Assembly (NCBI GenBank): GCA_964648855.1
Contig: CAZYLT010000005.1
Span: 30,001 to 62,000, forward strand
Length of the DNA stretch: 32,000 nucleotides
Source: an uncultured archaeon
Lineage (GTDB): Archaea > Asgardarchaeota > Thorarchaeia > Thorarchaeales > Thorarchaeaceae
Direction of reading: 5' to 3'
The translations under genes and the position numbers were made by a program. The notes beneath the pieces were generated by a model, which saw only the letters and a list, made by a program, of their open reading frames with translations, was not told the DNA's origin and made no database searches. Position 1 is the stretch's first letter, and each line of letters starts with the position of its first letter. Shown here piece after piece: positions 22,587 to 32,000 of the stretch.

Positions 22587-24613
22587 TATGAGCCTCTCCT
22601 TATCCAAAGTGACCCTCTGGGAGTCTGTTTCGCTTTCCATCCAGGTGCAATGTATATTGTCGTATCTTCTTGTTCAACAATCATGGGCCCCAGATATTCA
22701 TCATCCTTACACAGTTCTTCGCGGTGATATACTGCGGCTTCCACAGTTACACCTGACCTCAATGTGACTGCCCTGTTCCCTCTGGTGCCAGAGTCATCAC
22801 CCGGGTAGGGTATTGAGAATTCTAGCTCCTCGTGAGGAAATTTGGCAGTGACCCGAGCAGTAATCCACTCGATTCTTCGATCCTGCAGCGTATATCCAAA
22901 CTCTGTTTGATGTCTTCTCTCAAACTCTGCAGTAGAAATCTCTACCAACTTCATGGCTTCAAAAGGAATAGATACATTGAGCTCGTGTGATTGACCTTCG
23001 TACCTCATATCGATGGCCCATTCAACAGCAATTTTGTCCTCTGTGGCTCCTTGTCCCCGCAATTGCGAAATCCCCTCACTTGTCAAGCGATAGAGTATTT
23101 CTAGTGTATTTTCCTCATTTTCGGATTGCGCCTTGAGCTTCATTGTCTTCATTAAGTCAACCCGCAAATCTGCAACCAGTAAGCCGAGTGCAGATGTGAT
23201 TCCGGGCCTGGGAGGCACAAGAATTTGATTGATATCCAATTGATCTGAAATGTCAACTGCCTGTGTTGGTCCTGCTCCCCCAAAGGGAATCAATACAAAA
23301 TCTCTTGGATCGTGTCCCCTAAGTACTGTCATTTCCCTGATAGCTTGTACCATATTTGTTGTTGATATACGGATGATCCCCAATGCGGTTTCCATCGTTG
23401 TCAAGCCAAGTGATTGCGCCATAATTGAAATCGCTCGTTGTGACAATTTGGGCTTGAGTTTCATTCTCCCTCCAACAAAGAAGTCAGGGTTTATTCTTCC
23501 TGTCAGGAGAGTAGCATCGGTCACGGTCGCAGCGGAGCCTCCTCTTCCGTATGCTGCAGGGCCAGGCTCGGCTCCGGCACTCTGAGGACCTACATGCATT
23601 ATTCCAGCTCCATCAATCCACGCGATGCTTCCTCCTCCCGCTCCAATGGTTAGTACATCAACTGACGGGGTTCGTAAGGGCAGACCGCCTATTTCATTGC
23701 TTGATCTAATGCGTACATCTCCAGTGATAGCACTGATATCGCAGCTAGTGCCACCCATATCCAGAGTGATTGCCTTTGCTATCCTTTCCCTTTTGGCAAT
23801 CTCCCGTCCTCCAATGACACCTCCTGCTAGCCCAGAGAGTGCCAGCCCAACTGATTTTCCTCTGACTTTTGAAGCAAGAATGGTTCCTCCATTTGACTGC
23901 ATTACCGCAAATTGTGCGTTTGGACATAATTTGACTAGTGACTTGGATAGATTCTCCACATAATCTATCACCAATGGTCCCAGGTAGGCCTCCAGAACGG
24001 TTGTTGATGTGCGTTCGTATTCTCGGAACTCCGGAAGCACATCTGACGACGCTATAGCATAGCATTCGGTGTTTCTTTTGACCTGTCTTAGAATAGCCTG
24101 CTCATGACTGGGGTTCTCATATGAGAAGAGCAATGAAATAGCCACGGCATCGGGTTCTCTCGATTTTATCCACTCAACTACCCTATTGATTTCAGCCGAT
24201 TCTATCTTCTTGATGACTTGACCACTCGAACTCAGTCGCTCGTCAATCCCAATCCGATTTTCTCTCTGCACGAGTGGTTCAGGGCGTGCAGGATTCAAAG
24301 TGTAAATCTCATCGCGATTTTGCCTGGCTATTTCCATGATATCCTCCATTCCCTTGGTTGTGATAAGGCATACATCAGCACCTCTTCTCTCAAGCATTGC
24401 ATTGGTGGCGACTGTTGTGCCATGAACAATTAACCCAATTGACTTGGGATTTGTGTTGCTCTTGGCTAGTAATTCCTCAATCCCTCGTATCACCGCCCTA
24501 TCCTGAGAGGATGTGCTGGATGGTAATTTGTGGCTGTGCTGTTGACCTGATTCTGAATCCACTATCATTATATCAGTGAAAGTACCGCCAACATCAACAC
24601 CAATCAATTTCAT
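22586..24613 (-). CDS. Hydantoinase A / 5-oxoprolinase subunit A (ATP-binding, actin-like fold)
   Basis: GVDVGGTFTD, HGTTVATNA, EYERTSTT, DMGGTSCD, IGAGGGS, GPQSAGA.PGPAAYG.GG, FGGAG, DMRYEGQ. Confidence 0.95.
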   Translation of the reverse strand: MKLIGVDVGGTFTDIMIVDSESGQQHSHKLPSSTSSQDRAVIRGIEELLAKSNTNPKSIGLIVHGTTVATNAMLERRGADVCLITTKGMEDIMEIARQNRDEIYTLNPARPEPLVQRENRIGIDERLSSSGQVIKKIESAEINRVVEWIKSREPDAVAISLLFSYENPSHEQAILRQVKRNTECYAIASSDVLPEFREYERTSTTVLEAYLGPLVIDYVENLSKSLVKLCPNAQFAVMQSNGGTILASKVRGKSVGLALSGLAGGVIGGREIAKRERIAKAITLDMGGTSCDISAITGDVRIRSSNEIGGLPLRTPSVDVLTIGAGGGSIAWIDGAGIMHVGPQSAGAEPGPAAYGRGGSAATVTDATLLTGRINPDFFVGGRMKLKPKLSQRAISIMAQSLGLTTMETALGIIRISTTNMVQAIREMTVLRGHDPRDFVLIPFGGAGPTQAVDISDQLDINQILVPPRPGITSALGLLVADLRVDLMKTMKLKAQSENEENTLEILYRLTSEGISQLRGQGATEDKIAVEWAIDMRYEGQSHELNVSIPFEAMKLVEISTAEFERRHQTEFGYTLQDRRIEWITARVTAKFPHEELEFSIPYPGDDSGTRGNRAVTLRSGVTVEAAVYHREELCKDDEYLGPMIVEQEDTTIYIAPGWKAKQTPRGSLWIRRGS

Positions 24614-24711
24614 TTTGGACGCAGTTTTAGAGATGCCTACCTTACTAAGAAATATTGCCCCTTCATAACTATTAATTTGCCAAATACTTGCTAAATATGA
24701 GAGGAACTGTC

Positions 24712-25905
24712 ATGCATCCAGAGTATTCTTCGGTTTTGGTGAGGTTCGGTGAAATCGGAATCAAGTCTCGCCAAACGAGAAAGAGAATGGTTTCCCTATT
24801 AGCAAAAAATATCGAGAGTGCATTGGATGAGAAGGGTATTTCATTTCTAGAAGTACGACGGGAATATGGGCGATTGTTTGTTGAAACTAAGAATGCTGAA
24901 GATGCTGCGAAGACTGTATCTAGAGTATTTGGAGTAGTATCGACTTCTCCGGTTGTAGAGTGTCATGCAAATCTTGAAACTATCTTAGAAGTGGGTGTAA
25001 ATCTAGCTCAAAAACTCTTTCAGAAGAAGGAATCATTTGCCGTACGAGCAAGGAGAGTGGGGACGCATGATTTCTCCAGTCAAGATATTCGAGAGCAACT
25101 TGGCGAACGTATTATGGAAGAGCTAGAAGCGTATAATCTAGATGTTGACTTGGACAACCCTGATCAAAGCGTATCAGTTGAGGTCCGAAACAATAGAGCA
25201 TATCTCTTCGACAACATAATTACCGGTGTTGGTGGCATGCCTACTGGCACACAGGGTAAAGTTGTATGTACTATTTCAACAGGGCTTGATTCCCCAGTTG
25301 CAGCATTCAAGATTATGAAGCGAGGATGTATTCCGGTTTTCATGCATCTAGATAATTCTCCGCACTCGGATGACGGATGTGTGGATGTGGCTATAGCCCA
25401 GGCCAAGACACTGGCATCATACATACACAATCATGAAGTCAAGATGTATATCGTTCCCCACGCGCCAGACTTGGAAGAAGCAATGGAGAAAGGTCCAAGA
25501 AGAATGACATGCATTTTCTGCAAGAGAAACATGTTGCGACTTGCGCGAGAGGTGGCTCTCATAGAGGACGCTGACGCCATCTCGACAGGCGAAATAATAG
25601 GAGAACAAGCCAGCCAGACGACGGCAAATTTGAAAGCTATAGGTGGTGCTATCTGCGACCCGCCAGTTCTGAGACCATGTGCAGGTGACGACAAGACTGA
25701 CATACAGCGATGGGCTGCAGAAATTGGAACCTACGACTTTTCAAGAGAAGGTGTGACTTGCTGTACACTGCCTCCCGATTATCCAATCCTAAAGGCAGAC
25801 CCGAGAAGAGTTGAAGAGTCTGAAAGTGATTTTGACTTATCAATACTCAAGTCTGAGATAGAAAATGCAAGAGTCGTAGTTTTGAAGAAAGCACGCCAAG
25901 ATTAG
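24712..25905 (+). CDS. thiI: tRNA 4-thiouridine sulfurtransferase ThiI (THUMP + PP-loop)
   Basis: VRFGEIGIKS, SFAVRARRVG.H.F.S, VDLDNPD, G.GGMP.GTQGKV, STGLDSPVAA, CIFCKR, TGE..G.QASQT. Confidence 0.93.
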   Translation: MHPEYSSVLVRFGEIGIKSRQTRKRMVSLLAKNIESALDEKGISFLEVRREYGRLFVETKNAEDAAKTVSRVFGVVSTSPVVECHANLETILEVGVNLAQKLFQKKESFAVRARRVGTHDFSSQDIREQLGERIMEELEAYNLDVDLDNPDQSVSVEVRNNRAYLFDNIITGVGGMPTGTQGKVVCTISTGLDSPVAAFKIMKRGCIPVFMHLDNSPHSDDGCVDVAIAQAKTLASYIHNHEVKMYIVPHAPDLEEAMEKGPRRMTCIFCKRNMLRLAREVALIEDADAISTGEIIGEQASQTTANLKAIGGAICDPPVLRPCAGDDKTDIQRWAAEIGTYDFSREGVTCCTLPPDYPILKADPRRVEESESDFDLSILKSEIENARVVVLKKARQD

Positions 25906-25940
25906 CAACAAGAAACTTATTGGTACTTTATTGTATATTG

Positions 25941-25955
25941 GAAAGCCTTTAAATA
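25941..25955 (+). promoter_or_regulatory. Archaeal BRE-TATA promoter of the histone gene
   Basis: gaaagcc followed by tttaaata, about 60 nt upstream of the histone start. Confidence 0.6.
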
Positions 25956-26015
25956 GAGATATGAACGAATAACGATTTATGCGGGCTTTTTTATGGTCCG
26001 GGGATTGTGAAAAAC

Positions 26016-26252
26016 TTGCCACGTTCACGAAAAGATAGAATACTACCAGTAGCACCTGTTGACAGACTGATTCGCAAAGCGGGCGCCGATCGAGTAAGCG
26101 ATAAAGGCGCAGAGAGATTAGCTCAGATTCTTGAGGAAGTAGGCGAATTTCTTGCAAATATTGCATACGAGCTTACTGAGCATAGCGGTCGTAAGACTAT
26201 TACTGATAAGGACATAGATTTGGCTTACAAGCAGTGGAAACGCACACTTTAG
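26016..26252 (+). CDS. Archaeal histone (HMf-type fold) with a short basic N-terminal extension
   Basis: LPVAPVDRLIRKAGADRVS..G...LA..LEE...A.....HSGRKTI...DI.LA; start TTG 26016 or GTG 26007. Confidence 0.95.
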   Translation: MPRSRKDRILPVAPVDRLIRKAGADRVSDKGAERLAQILEEVGEFLANIAYELTEHSGRKTITDKDIDLAYKQWKRTL

Positions 26253-26341
26253 ACTCCTGTGGATTCGGATAGGTTTCTAAAGCTTCTGCATTACTCCATT
26301 TATAGATTAACCGAGTAGTTTAGTTCAAAGGGTGCGGAATA

Positions 26342-27037
26342 GTGAATCAAAGTGCCATTCCGGTAGCTGAAAATACTGTTTTGCTTAGTATTCATGACAT
26401 ATCCCCGCTATACGAAGATGACTTCATTAGGCTCTATGATGTTCTTGCAGATTTGGGCATTGATGAATATACACTTCTTCTTACACCCTTTCTGAATATG
26501 AAGGCATCAAATAGATTCGAGAAGTATCCGCTCTTCTCGGAATTCATAGAGTCTTTAGGGCTAGAGATCTCTATCTATGGCTATTCTCATTTGACCAAAT
26601 CTGGCAAGCCAGCAGAATTTCATCGGATGCCCTTGGAGCAAATGAAATCTCGAATCAAGTTGTCTTCATCACTTCTGAATAGGAGTTTTGATTTGCCCCT
26701 AGTTGGTTTCATACCTCCTGAGTGGGTGGCTCCAAGAAACTTGAAAGCCGCAGTAGCTTCTGTCAATTTGAAATATTGCTGCATTGATAATAGAATTATT
26801 CCGGTAGCACATGGTGACCACTTTGAAACAGTACACCATCTTTTGAGCCACGAAAATGGACATCTTTCATTGACAGATGCCTTGATTGAATTAGAGGTTG
26901 GCGGCCCAATTCAACTTTCTCTCCATCCACGAAACTGGAATGTGAAAAAGGTGATTGATTTACTTGAAGACATGAAAGATCGTCTGGATTATCGATTCAT
27001 GGGATACTGGGCGTTCCTGGAAAGCCGAGTAGCATAG
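26342..27037 (+). CDS. DUF2334 / polysaccharide-deacetylase-like protein
   Basis: LSIHDISP, EISIYGYSH, EF..M, GFIPPEW, LSLHP motifs. Confidence 0.8.
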   Translation: MNQSAIPVAENTVLLSIHDISPLYEDDFIRLYDVLADLGIDEYTLLLTPFLNMKASNRFEKYPLFSEFIESLGLEISIYGYSHLTKSGKPAEFHRMPLEQMKSRIKLSSSLLNRSFDLPLVGFIPPEWVAPRNLKAAVASVNLKYCCIDNRIIPVAHGDHFETVHHLLSHENGHLSLTDALIELEVGGPIQLSLHPRNWNVKKVIDLLEDMKDRLDYRFMGYWAFLESRVA

Positions 27038-27434
27038 GATAGTTCTCCTAAATGGTTCAAACAGCGTAGATATATCAAGTTCCACGAAATTGTTTTCTTA
27101 CGCATGAGTGCCATAGAACACTCCTTATCAAGATACGAAGAATGTGGACCTGGTTATTGATGTCAATAGGTTTCTGTTCAAGATATGGGCGTCTTCTTGA
27201 TTTTGAAATGGAAAGATTAGCTGCCAGAATCTTCTATAATGAAATGTGCTTCTCGGAGGGAGCATTCGATAAATCGAATCTTATTGGACTGAGTCGAATA
27301 CCATATAGTCAAATCAAGTTCTTATACCCAGTTCTTGATAATTTTGATTTGGCTGCAGAGGAACTTGGATCCCCGCTTAGAACGAAAAAGGCTTGGTTTC
27401 CAACCCTAGATACTGTCATCGGAGGTCATCACAA

Positions 27435-30400
27435 ATGAAACGATATAGTCTAATTCCAATCATTATTGTAGTATTGCTAGCTTTTCCAGCTTACCATAAT
27501 CCTGCAAATAATGCTATTGCCAACGAACAGAGTTTTGAGACTCCGAATGACGAAACTATGAGTCTTGCTGAAACTGGATCGCGATCTGGAACAGGTCCTG
27601 CGCTCGATGTTTCATATTACGGGACCGTCACAAATTCATACGATGACACATTTACCCTGGATTCCGATTCATCTGCAACTGGCACCGTCACACTTTCAGA
27701 TGGATGGAGCGGCAGCAATCTACAAACAGACATTGATTCTTTGTCCCTAACCACAAATGACAGGCTCAATAATTGGGACCTTGATAAATATCACGCTGAG
27801 AAGTGGCTGGTTGCGGGGAAAGGGGATCTCAATGTGGTTGTTCCTGACTCTTGGACCCTTAGCAAGGACATCGGCGAAACGACATCGGGTTCTCAGCACC
27901 CTCTGGACGGAATATTTAGAATGGACGATCGCTCAGGTAGCGGATATGATGGAACTATGGGCTGGGAGTTCGAAGCTCACTGGTATGCGAATGAAACTCT
28001 TAATGCTGGGGACAAGATATACATCAGCCAGCTTGCATCTGCTCCATACCGAGAGCTGTATTCTGCTGAAGTTAGCTTCAGATATAATGTTGATTCAATA
28101 TCCTCAATGCAGGACGAAGTCTACATCTTTGTGAGTATTGGCGGTTATCAAACCAAGATTCATGTCTTTGAGAGTGGTGATACCGATTCATGGTTACAGC
28201 AAACAGTCAGTCTAACACCCGACCAAATATCTGCTATTAATCTTCCCGATTCCCTGTTGGTTGAAATAGGAATAGCAACCGATCTGAGTGGGTCACAAGC
28301 GTCCGAAAGAATCTATAGAGTTCTAATTGATGATGTTCAACTATCGCTAGACGTGAGACCCTTCCCTGGGCAAGTAGACTTGAAGGCAAATGGGACCGCT
28401 GTAGTCGGCTGGAATCCTGGTAGTATCTATGTATACGAACCAGATGACGACACCAGGGATGCTTGGGATGAATATGATGAAGGTATCAGTCTAGATGGAA
28501 ACTACCATGTTGGCTCTTCTGCTGATCCCACAGTTGGGGTATATGGTACCATATGGAACAACGCAAAACCGAATCAAATTGGTATTCAGTTTCCGGTGAA
28601 TATACCTCAGGGTGCAGTGATTACTTCTGCCTTTCTTGAAGTGGAACCCGAATCGCTGGCCTCGTCAGGTGATCCCGACATGAGGGTATATGTATCCGGT
28701 TTCGACAGCGACGGAAGTGCAGTATCTAACTTCTCATCGGGGCTTCCTGAAATTGAGGACAGGTACGAATGGGTTGATACAAGTGTGGACTGGCAAGTGG
28801 GGGCGAGGTGGCTCTCCGATGTCAGGATTCAGCAAAGGTCGCCCGAATTGGGTTCCCTTGTTCAAAGCGTTATATCTGACTCACGATGGAGCTCGAATAA
28901 TTTTATCGTGGTTATGCTCGACTACATGTATTCTGATTCTTACCAAGCAAGAAATAGCATTAAAGGTGCATATGGTTCGCGTTTCTCTCAGGATGAACTA
29001 CCACGTCTTTTCGTTGAATACAAGGTACCGCTTGCTGAAGACGAGGTTTACACATATTCTTATGAAAAAGATGTCACTATCGACCATACCCAAGTTGCGG
29101 CTGACTTGACAGACTTTCCAGTCATGGTCGAATTATTCGATTCGGATTTGAAGACAAAAGTACAGCCAGATGGCGATGATATTGCTTTCAAATCGGGGGA
29201 AACACCGCTTGATTTTGAGATTGAATATTTCAACAAAGATTACAACTCCTCTCATGCTCACTTGGTTGCATGGGTTAAGATTCCAAATCTTTTGAGTACA
29301 GCCGGTACAACGATTACAATGATGTATGGTAGTTCCGATGCAAGCTCAATGAGTTCATCGCGTGTATGGGACTCATATGCCACAGTTCACCATATGAACG
29401 AGGACCCCAGTGGTACCATCTATGATAGTACCTCAAACAATCATCTAGGAACCTCTTACGGAACGCAGGGTTCAGAGGATGCGGTAAACGCTCAGATTGA
29501 TGGTGGTATAGACTTTGACGATGAGCAAAATGATGTTATTGGGATTGGGCAGATCTATACTGATGATTGGTCTGGATTCACCATGAGTGCGTGGGTGCGT
29601 GAAGATGAGAGCCATGATTGTCGAGTGTTCTCTAAGTCAGATACCACATCACCGTCCGAGCATATAATCACGATGAGGATTGGTGGCCAAACTCCAACTT
29701 TCAGGATTTCGACTGATGGTACAGGCGGCTCGGGCAATAGCTATAATGGAGATACTGATTTGATACTAGGTCAGTGGCACTTTCTTGTTTGGCGATGGAG
29801 TGCTGCTGATGCCAGAATCTACGCTTACTTAGATGGTAATCAAATATTGAATGTCAGCCACGATGGGGATACTATTCAAGATGCTGTAGAAGTATTCACA
29901 ATAGGCAATAACGACCTTACAAATTCTAGATACTTTGATGGCGTCATAGATGAAGTAAGGCTCACTACAGCTGTGAGAGATGAAGCCTGGATAGATACTG
30001 AATATAATAACCAGAAGAACCCATCGACATTCCTGAGTGCATCCAGTGAGCGCGACCTCCGTGACGCATGGGAGAATGATGATAGTGCAACCATGACCTT
30101 CACAACGAGTTCGACAGAACCAATAACAATGGATGCAACCATGACCATGGACATCGAGGGCTCTGGTCAGACTCTTGATGAAGATTTGAATGATGGTACT
30201 ACATTCTACGCAACAAACGGTACCAATTACGTGGATTGGACTGCTAACGTACTCGTTTCGCCACCAAATAACACTGAAACAATGAATGTGGAGATCAACT
30301 ACCCCTTTACCCAATGGAATCCAACAAAAGTCATCAATCCGTTGGGAGCTGAAAAGACATATGGCACCGATTGGGATTATACTGCAGGAACGCTAACCAT

Positions 30401-32000
30401 CTACTATCCAGCTGTCGATGTATATGGCGTATGGGTTCTTGAGTTTGTTAGCTGGAACTATGTTGAAGATTTACAGTTGGGCGTCAGTGGTCAGCCATTA
30501 TCAGACTCCGCAACTCTGAATATCAACGATGATTTGAAATTACGTGCGACCACTCCATGGATACAAAATGCGAGAGCTGGTCTGGTATTGACCGATCCAA
30601 CAGGGGCTGTCTGGCATACTGATTACAACACAACTGGGGCTCCTGGTACAACGTGGGATGTACCTTCCTTCCAATATCGATTCCCTCTAACAGTACCGTC
30701 CTCCCAAGTAGGTGGCGACGTAACCGATTTCCCTGTGAAGGTAAGCTTTACAGATTCAAATCTCCAAGATACAAGCAAAGTACAAGCATCCGGCAATGAT
30801 ATCGTCTTTGTGCAAAACGGAATAGTTCTTTCTCACCAAATTGAGCTGTTTGACCAAACCAATGGTGAACTAGTTGCATGGGTCAAAGCGAATTTGTCCG
30901 GCTTAGTTGATACAAATCTATTCATGTATTATGGGAATCCAATTGTGGGTTCTTGTGAGAATCCTGAGGATGTCTGGACAAACAGCTATGATGCAGTGTG
31001 GCATTTGGATGAGGATGTGACCGATGAATCAACCGGTGGTATCCATTATGACTCTACGAGTTCGAATCTTGATGGAACACAAAATGGCAACTCTCGGATA
31101 GCTGGAAAATCTGGGGGATATGCACAATCATTCGACGGAACAAATGACTGGATTGTGATTGACTCTAGTTTGGGATATGATCCAACAGGCGACCTCTCAT
31201 TCTCCGGATGGTTCTATCTCCCTAGTGATTTCAGCAGCTCCTCATCGAGTCTCTTGCTCATGGAGAAGTACCTGAATGGAGACGACAACTTTCATATTGC
31301 ACTTGCAGGTTCTGATTACTCAGAGAGCGGTGTGACTGCTGGTAGCTTGGTCATCGGCATGGAGCTTGGTACGGATGAATATGCAAAGTGGACAAATGAT
31401 TATACATTCTGGGCCTCAGGCTGGTATCATTATACAATCACTATTGACTCTGATAATGTAGCAAATACAAAGCTCTATGTCAATGGTGCAGACGACACTG
31501 CTACAGGGAGTGCTGGCTCAGGAGGTACTCCTAATCCCGCAGATTTGGACTTCTCTGCTGATTGGGGAATTGGCGGAAGGTATGTAGAAGAAACTGCTGA
31601 ATTTCCAAGCAGTGAGGAATTCTTCAATGGAAGAATGGATGAGGTGCGAATCTCCAGCACTTATCGCTCAAGTTCTTGGATAAAAACTGAATATAACAAT
31701 ACAAATAACCCAACTGTTTTCGTACAAAGGGCAAGCGAACAGCAGAAGACCTCTCCTGAACACACATTCACTAAGACTATCGACTCATCTGCCATTGCAG
31801 GAGAATGGACCGCAAGTGTATACTACAACGACAGTGGAGCCTCTGTATCCGAAGCAACAGGACTCTATGAACGCAACTTCATCGTGAAACACGACAGTTC
31901 CCTTACGTTACTTTCGCCAACCGATGCTACATCCGATAAGACCTCTCTCAAAGTCGCCGGAGAACTTCTGCAAATAGAAGTACAGCTCACAGATGATATC
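27435..32000 (+). CDS. Giant secreted/surface glycoprotein with a DNRLRE/CBM96-like domain and two DUF2341 + LamG (concanavalin-like) modules; 3'-truncated by the window
   Basis: GGAGGT SD at 27421; signal peptide MKRYSLIPIIIVVLLAFPA; frame open for 1522 codons to the window edge; two copies of TDFPV.V...D..L...VQ..G.DI.F...LVAWVK...MYG...F.G..DEVR.....R...WI.TEYNN. Confidence 0.92.
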   Translation, partial: MKRYSLIPIIIVVLLAFPAYHNPANNAIANEQSFETPNDETMSLAETGSRSGTGPALDVSYYGTVTNSYDDTFTLDSDSSATGTVTLSDGWSGSNLQTDIDSLSLTTNDRLNNWDLDKYHAEKWLVAGKGDLNVVVPDSWTLSKDIGETTSGSQHPLDGIFRMDDRSGSGYDGTMGWEFEAHWYANETLNAGDKIYISQLASAPYRELYSAEVSFRYNVDSISSMQDEVYIFVSIGGYQTKIHVFESGDTDSWLQQTVSLTPDQISAINLPDSLLVEIGIATDLSGSQASERIYRVLIDDVQLSLDVRPFPGQVDLKANGTAVVGWNPGSIYVYEPDDDTRDAWDEYDEGISLDGNYHVGSSADPTVGVYGTIWNNAKPNQIGIQFPVNIPQGAVITSAFLEVEPESLASSGDPDMRVYVSGFDSDGSAVSNFSSGLPEIEDRYEWVDTSVDWQVGARWLSDVRIQQRSPELGSLVQSVISDSRWSSNNFIVVMLDYMYSDSYQARNSIKGAYGSRFSQDELPRLFVEYKVPLAEDEVYTYSYEKDVTIDHTQVAADLTDFPVMVELFDSDLKTKVQPDGDDIAFKSGETPLDFEIEYFNKDYNSSHAHLVAWVKIPNLLSTAGTTITMMYGSSDASSMSSSRVWDSYATVHHMNEDPSGTIYDSTSNNHLGTSYGTQGSEDAVNAQIDGGIDFDDEQNDVIGIGQIYTDDWSGFTMSAWVREDESHDCRVFSKSDTTSPSEHIITMRIGGQTPTFRISTDGTGGSGNSYNGDTDLILGQWHFLVWRWSAADARIYAYLDGNQILNVSHDGDTIQDAVEVFTIGNNDLTNSRYFDGVIDEVRLTTAVRDEAWIDTEYNNQKNPSTFLSASSERDLRDAWENDDSATMTFTTSSTEPITMDATMTMDIEGSGQTLDEDLNDGTTFYATNGTNYVDWTANVLVSPPNNTETMNVEINYPFTQWNPTKVINPLGAEKTYGTDWDYTAGTLTIYYPAVDVYGVWVLEFVSWNYVEDLQLGVSGQPLSDSATLNINDDLKLRATTPWIQNARAGLVLTDPTGAVWHTDYNTTGAPGTTWDVPSFQYRFPLTVPSSQVGGDVTDFPVKVSFTDSNLQDTSKVQASGNDIVFVQNGIVLSHQIELFDQTNGELVAWVKANLSGLVDTNLFMYYGNPIVGSCENPEDVWTNSYDAVWHLDEDVTDESTGGIHYDSTSSNLDGTQNGNSRIAGKSGGYAQSFDGTNDWIVIDSSLGYDPTGDLSFSGWFYLPSDFSSSSSSLLLMEKYLNGDDNFHIALAGSDYSESGVTAGSLVIGMELGTDEYAKWTNDYTFWASGWYHYTITIDSDNVANTKLYVNGADDTATGSAGSGGTPNPADLDFSADWGIGGRYVEETAEFPSSEEFFNGRMDEVRISSTYRSSSWIKTEYNNTNNPTVFVQRASEQQKTSPEHTFTKTIDSSAIAGEWTASVYYNDSGASVSEATGLYERNFIVKHDSSLTLLSPTDATSDKTSLKVAGELLQIEVQLTDDI

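Noticed and set aside
21003-24613. Actin-like fold of hydantoinase A as a eukaryotic signature protein
   Set aside because: This is an ordinary, widespread hydantoinase/oxoprolinase A-B pair
27310-27351. Inverted repeat caaatcaa-N26-ttgatttg as an operator
   Set aside because: An 8-bp AT-rich match with a long spacer can arise by chance, and no second copy was seen
27142-27438. 98-aa ORF upstream of the surface-protein gene
   Set aside because: No SD and no recognisable motif; more likely the promoter/leader region of the giant gene, though it cannot be fully excluded
27565-31660. Short ORFs listed in the track within the last 4.5 kb
   Set aside because: These are alternative-frame or antisense shadows of the giant surface-protein gene; the same applies to the many short antisense ORFs overlapping other genes

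Overview
Core-genome segment of an archaeon, almost certainly Asgard and most likely Thorarchaeota. The basis is an archaeal histone, archaeal GluRS/ThiI/AlaX/eS25, GGTGA/GGAGGT Shine-Dalgarno sites, several eukaryotic-signature domains and a giant DUF2341/LamG surface protein; the taxonomy is inferred, not searched. No tRNA, rRNA, CRISPR or mobile element could be supported. Two loci stand out. (1) 1982-4860: tandem paralogous DapA/NAL-family class I aldolases, each fused to a C-terminal formaldehyde-activating enzyme (Fae) domain. The two Fae domains have degenerated in a complementary way, which suggests an obligate heteromer linking a formaldehyde-releasing or formaldehyde-fixing aldol reaction to H4MPT. 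(2) 11881-17916: a divergent cluster of membrane-trafficking-type genes. It holds a uDENN/longin-winged-helix protein coupled to a longin-small-GTPase fusion, a coiled-coil/Pro-rich/helical-hairpin (steadiness-box-like) protein, a large coiled-coil + Ig-like + ESCRT-II Vps22/36 (EAP30) fusion and a membrane metal-hydrolase. Also present are an eS25-HhH fusion, a decaying alpha/beta-hydrolase pseudogene, and a >1500-codon secreted protein missed by the ORF track because it runs off the window. All family calls come from motif recognition by eye; no searches were run.
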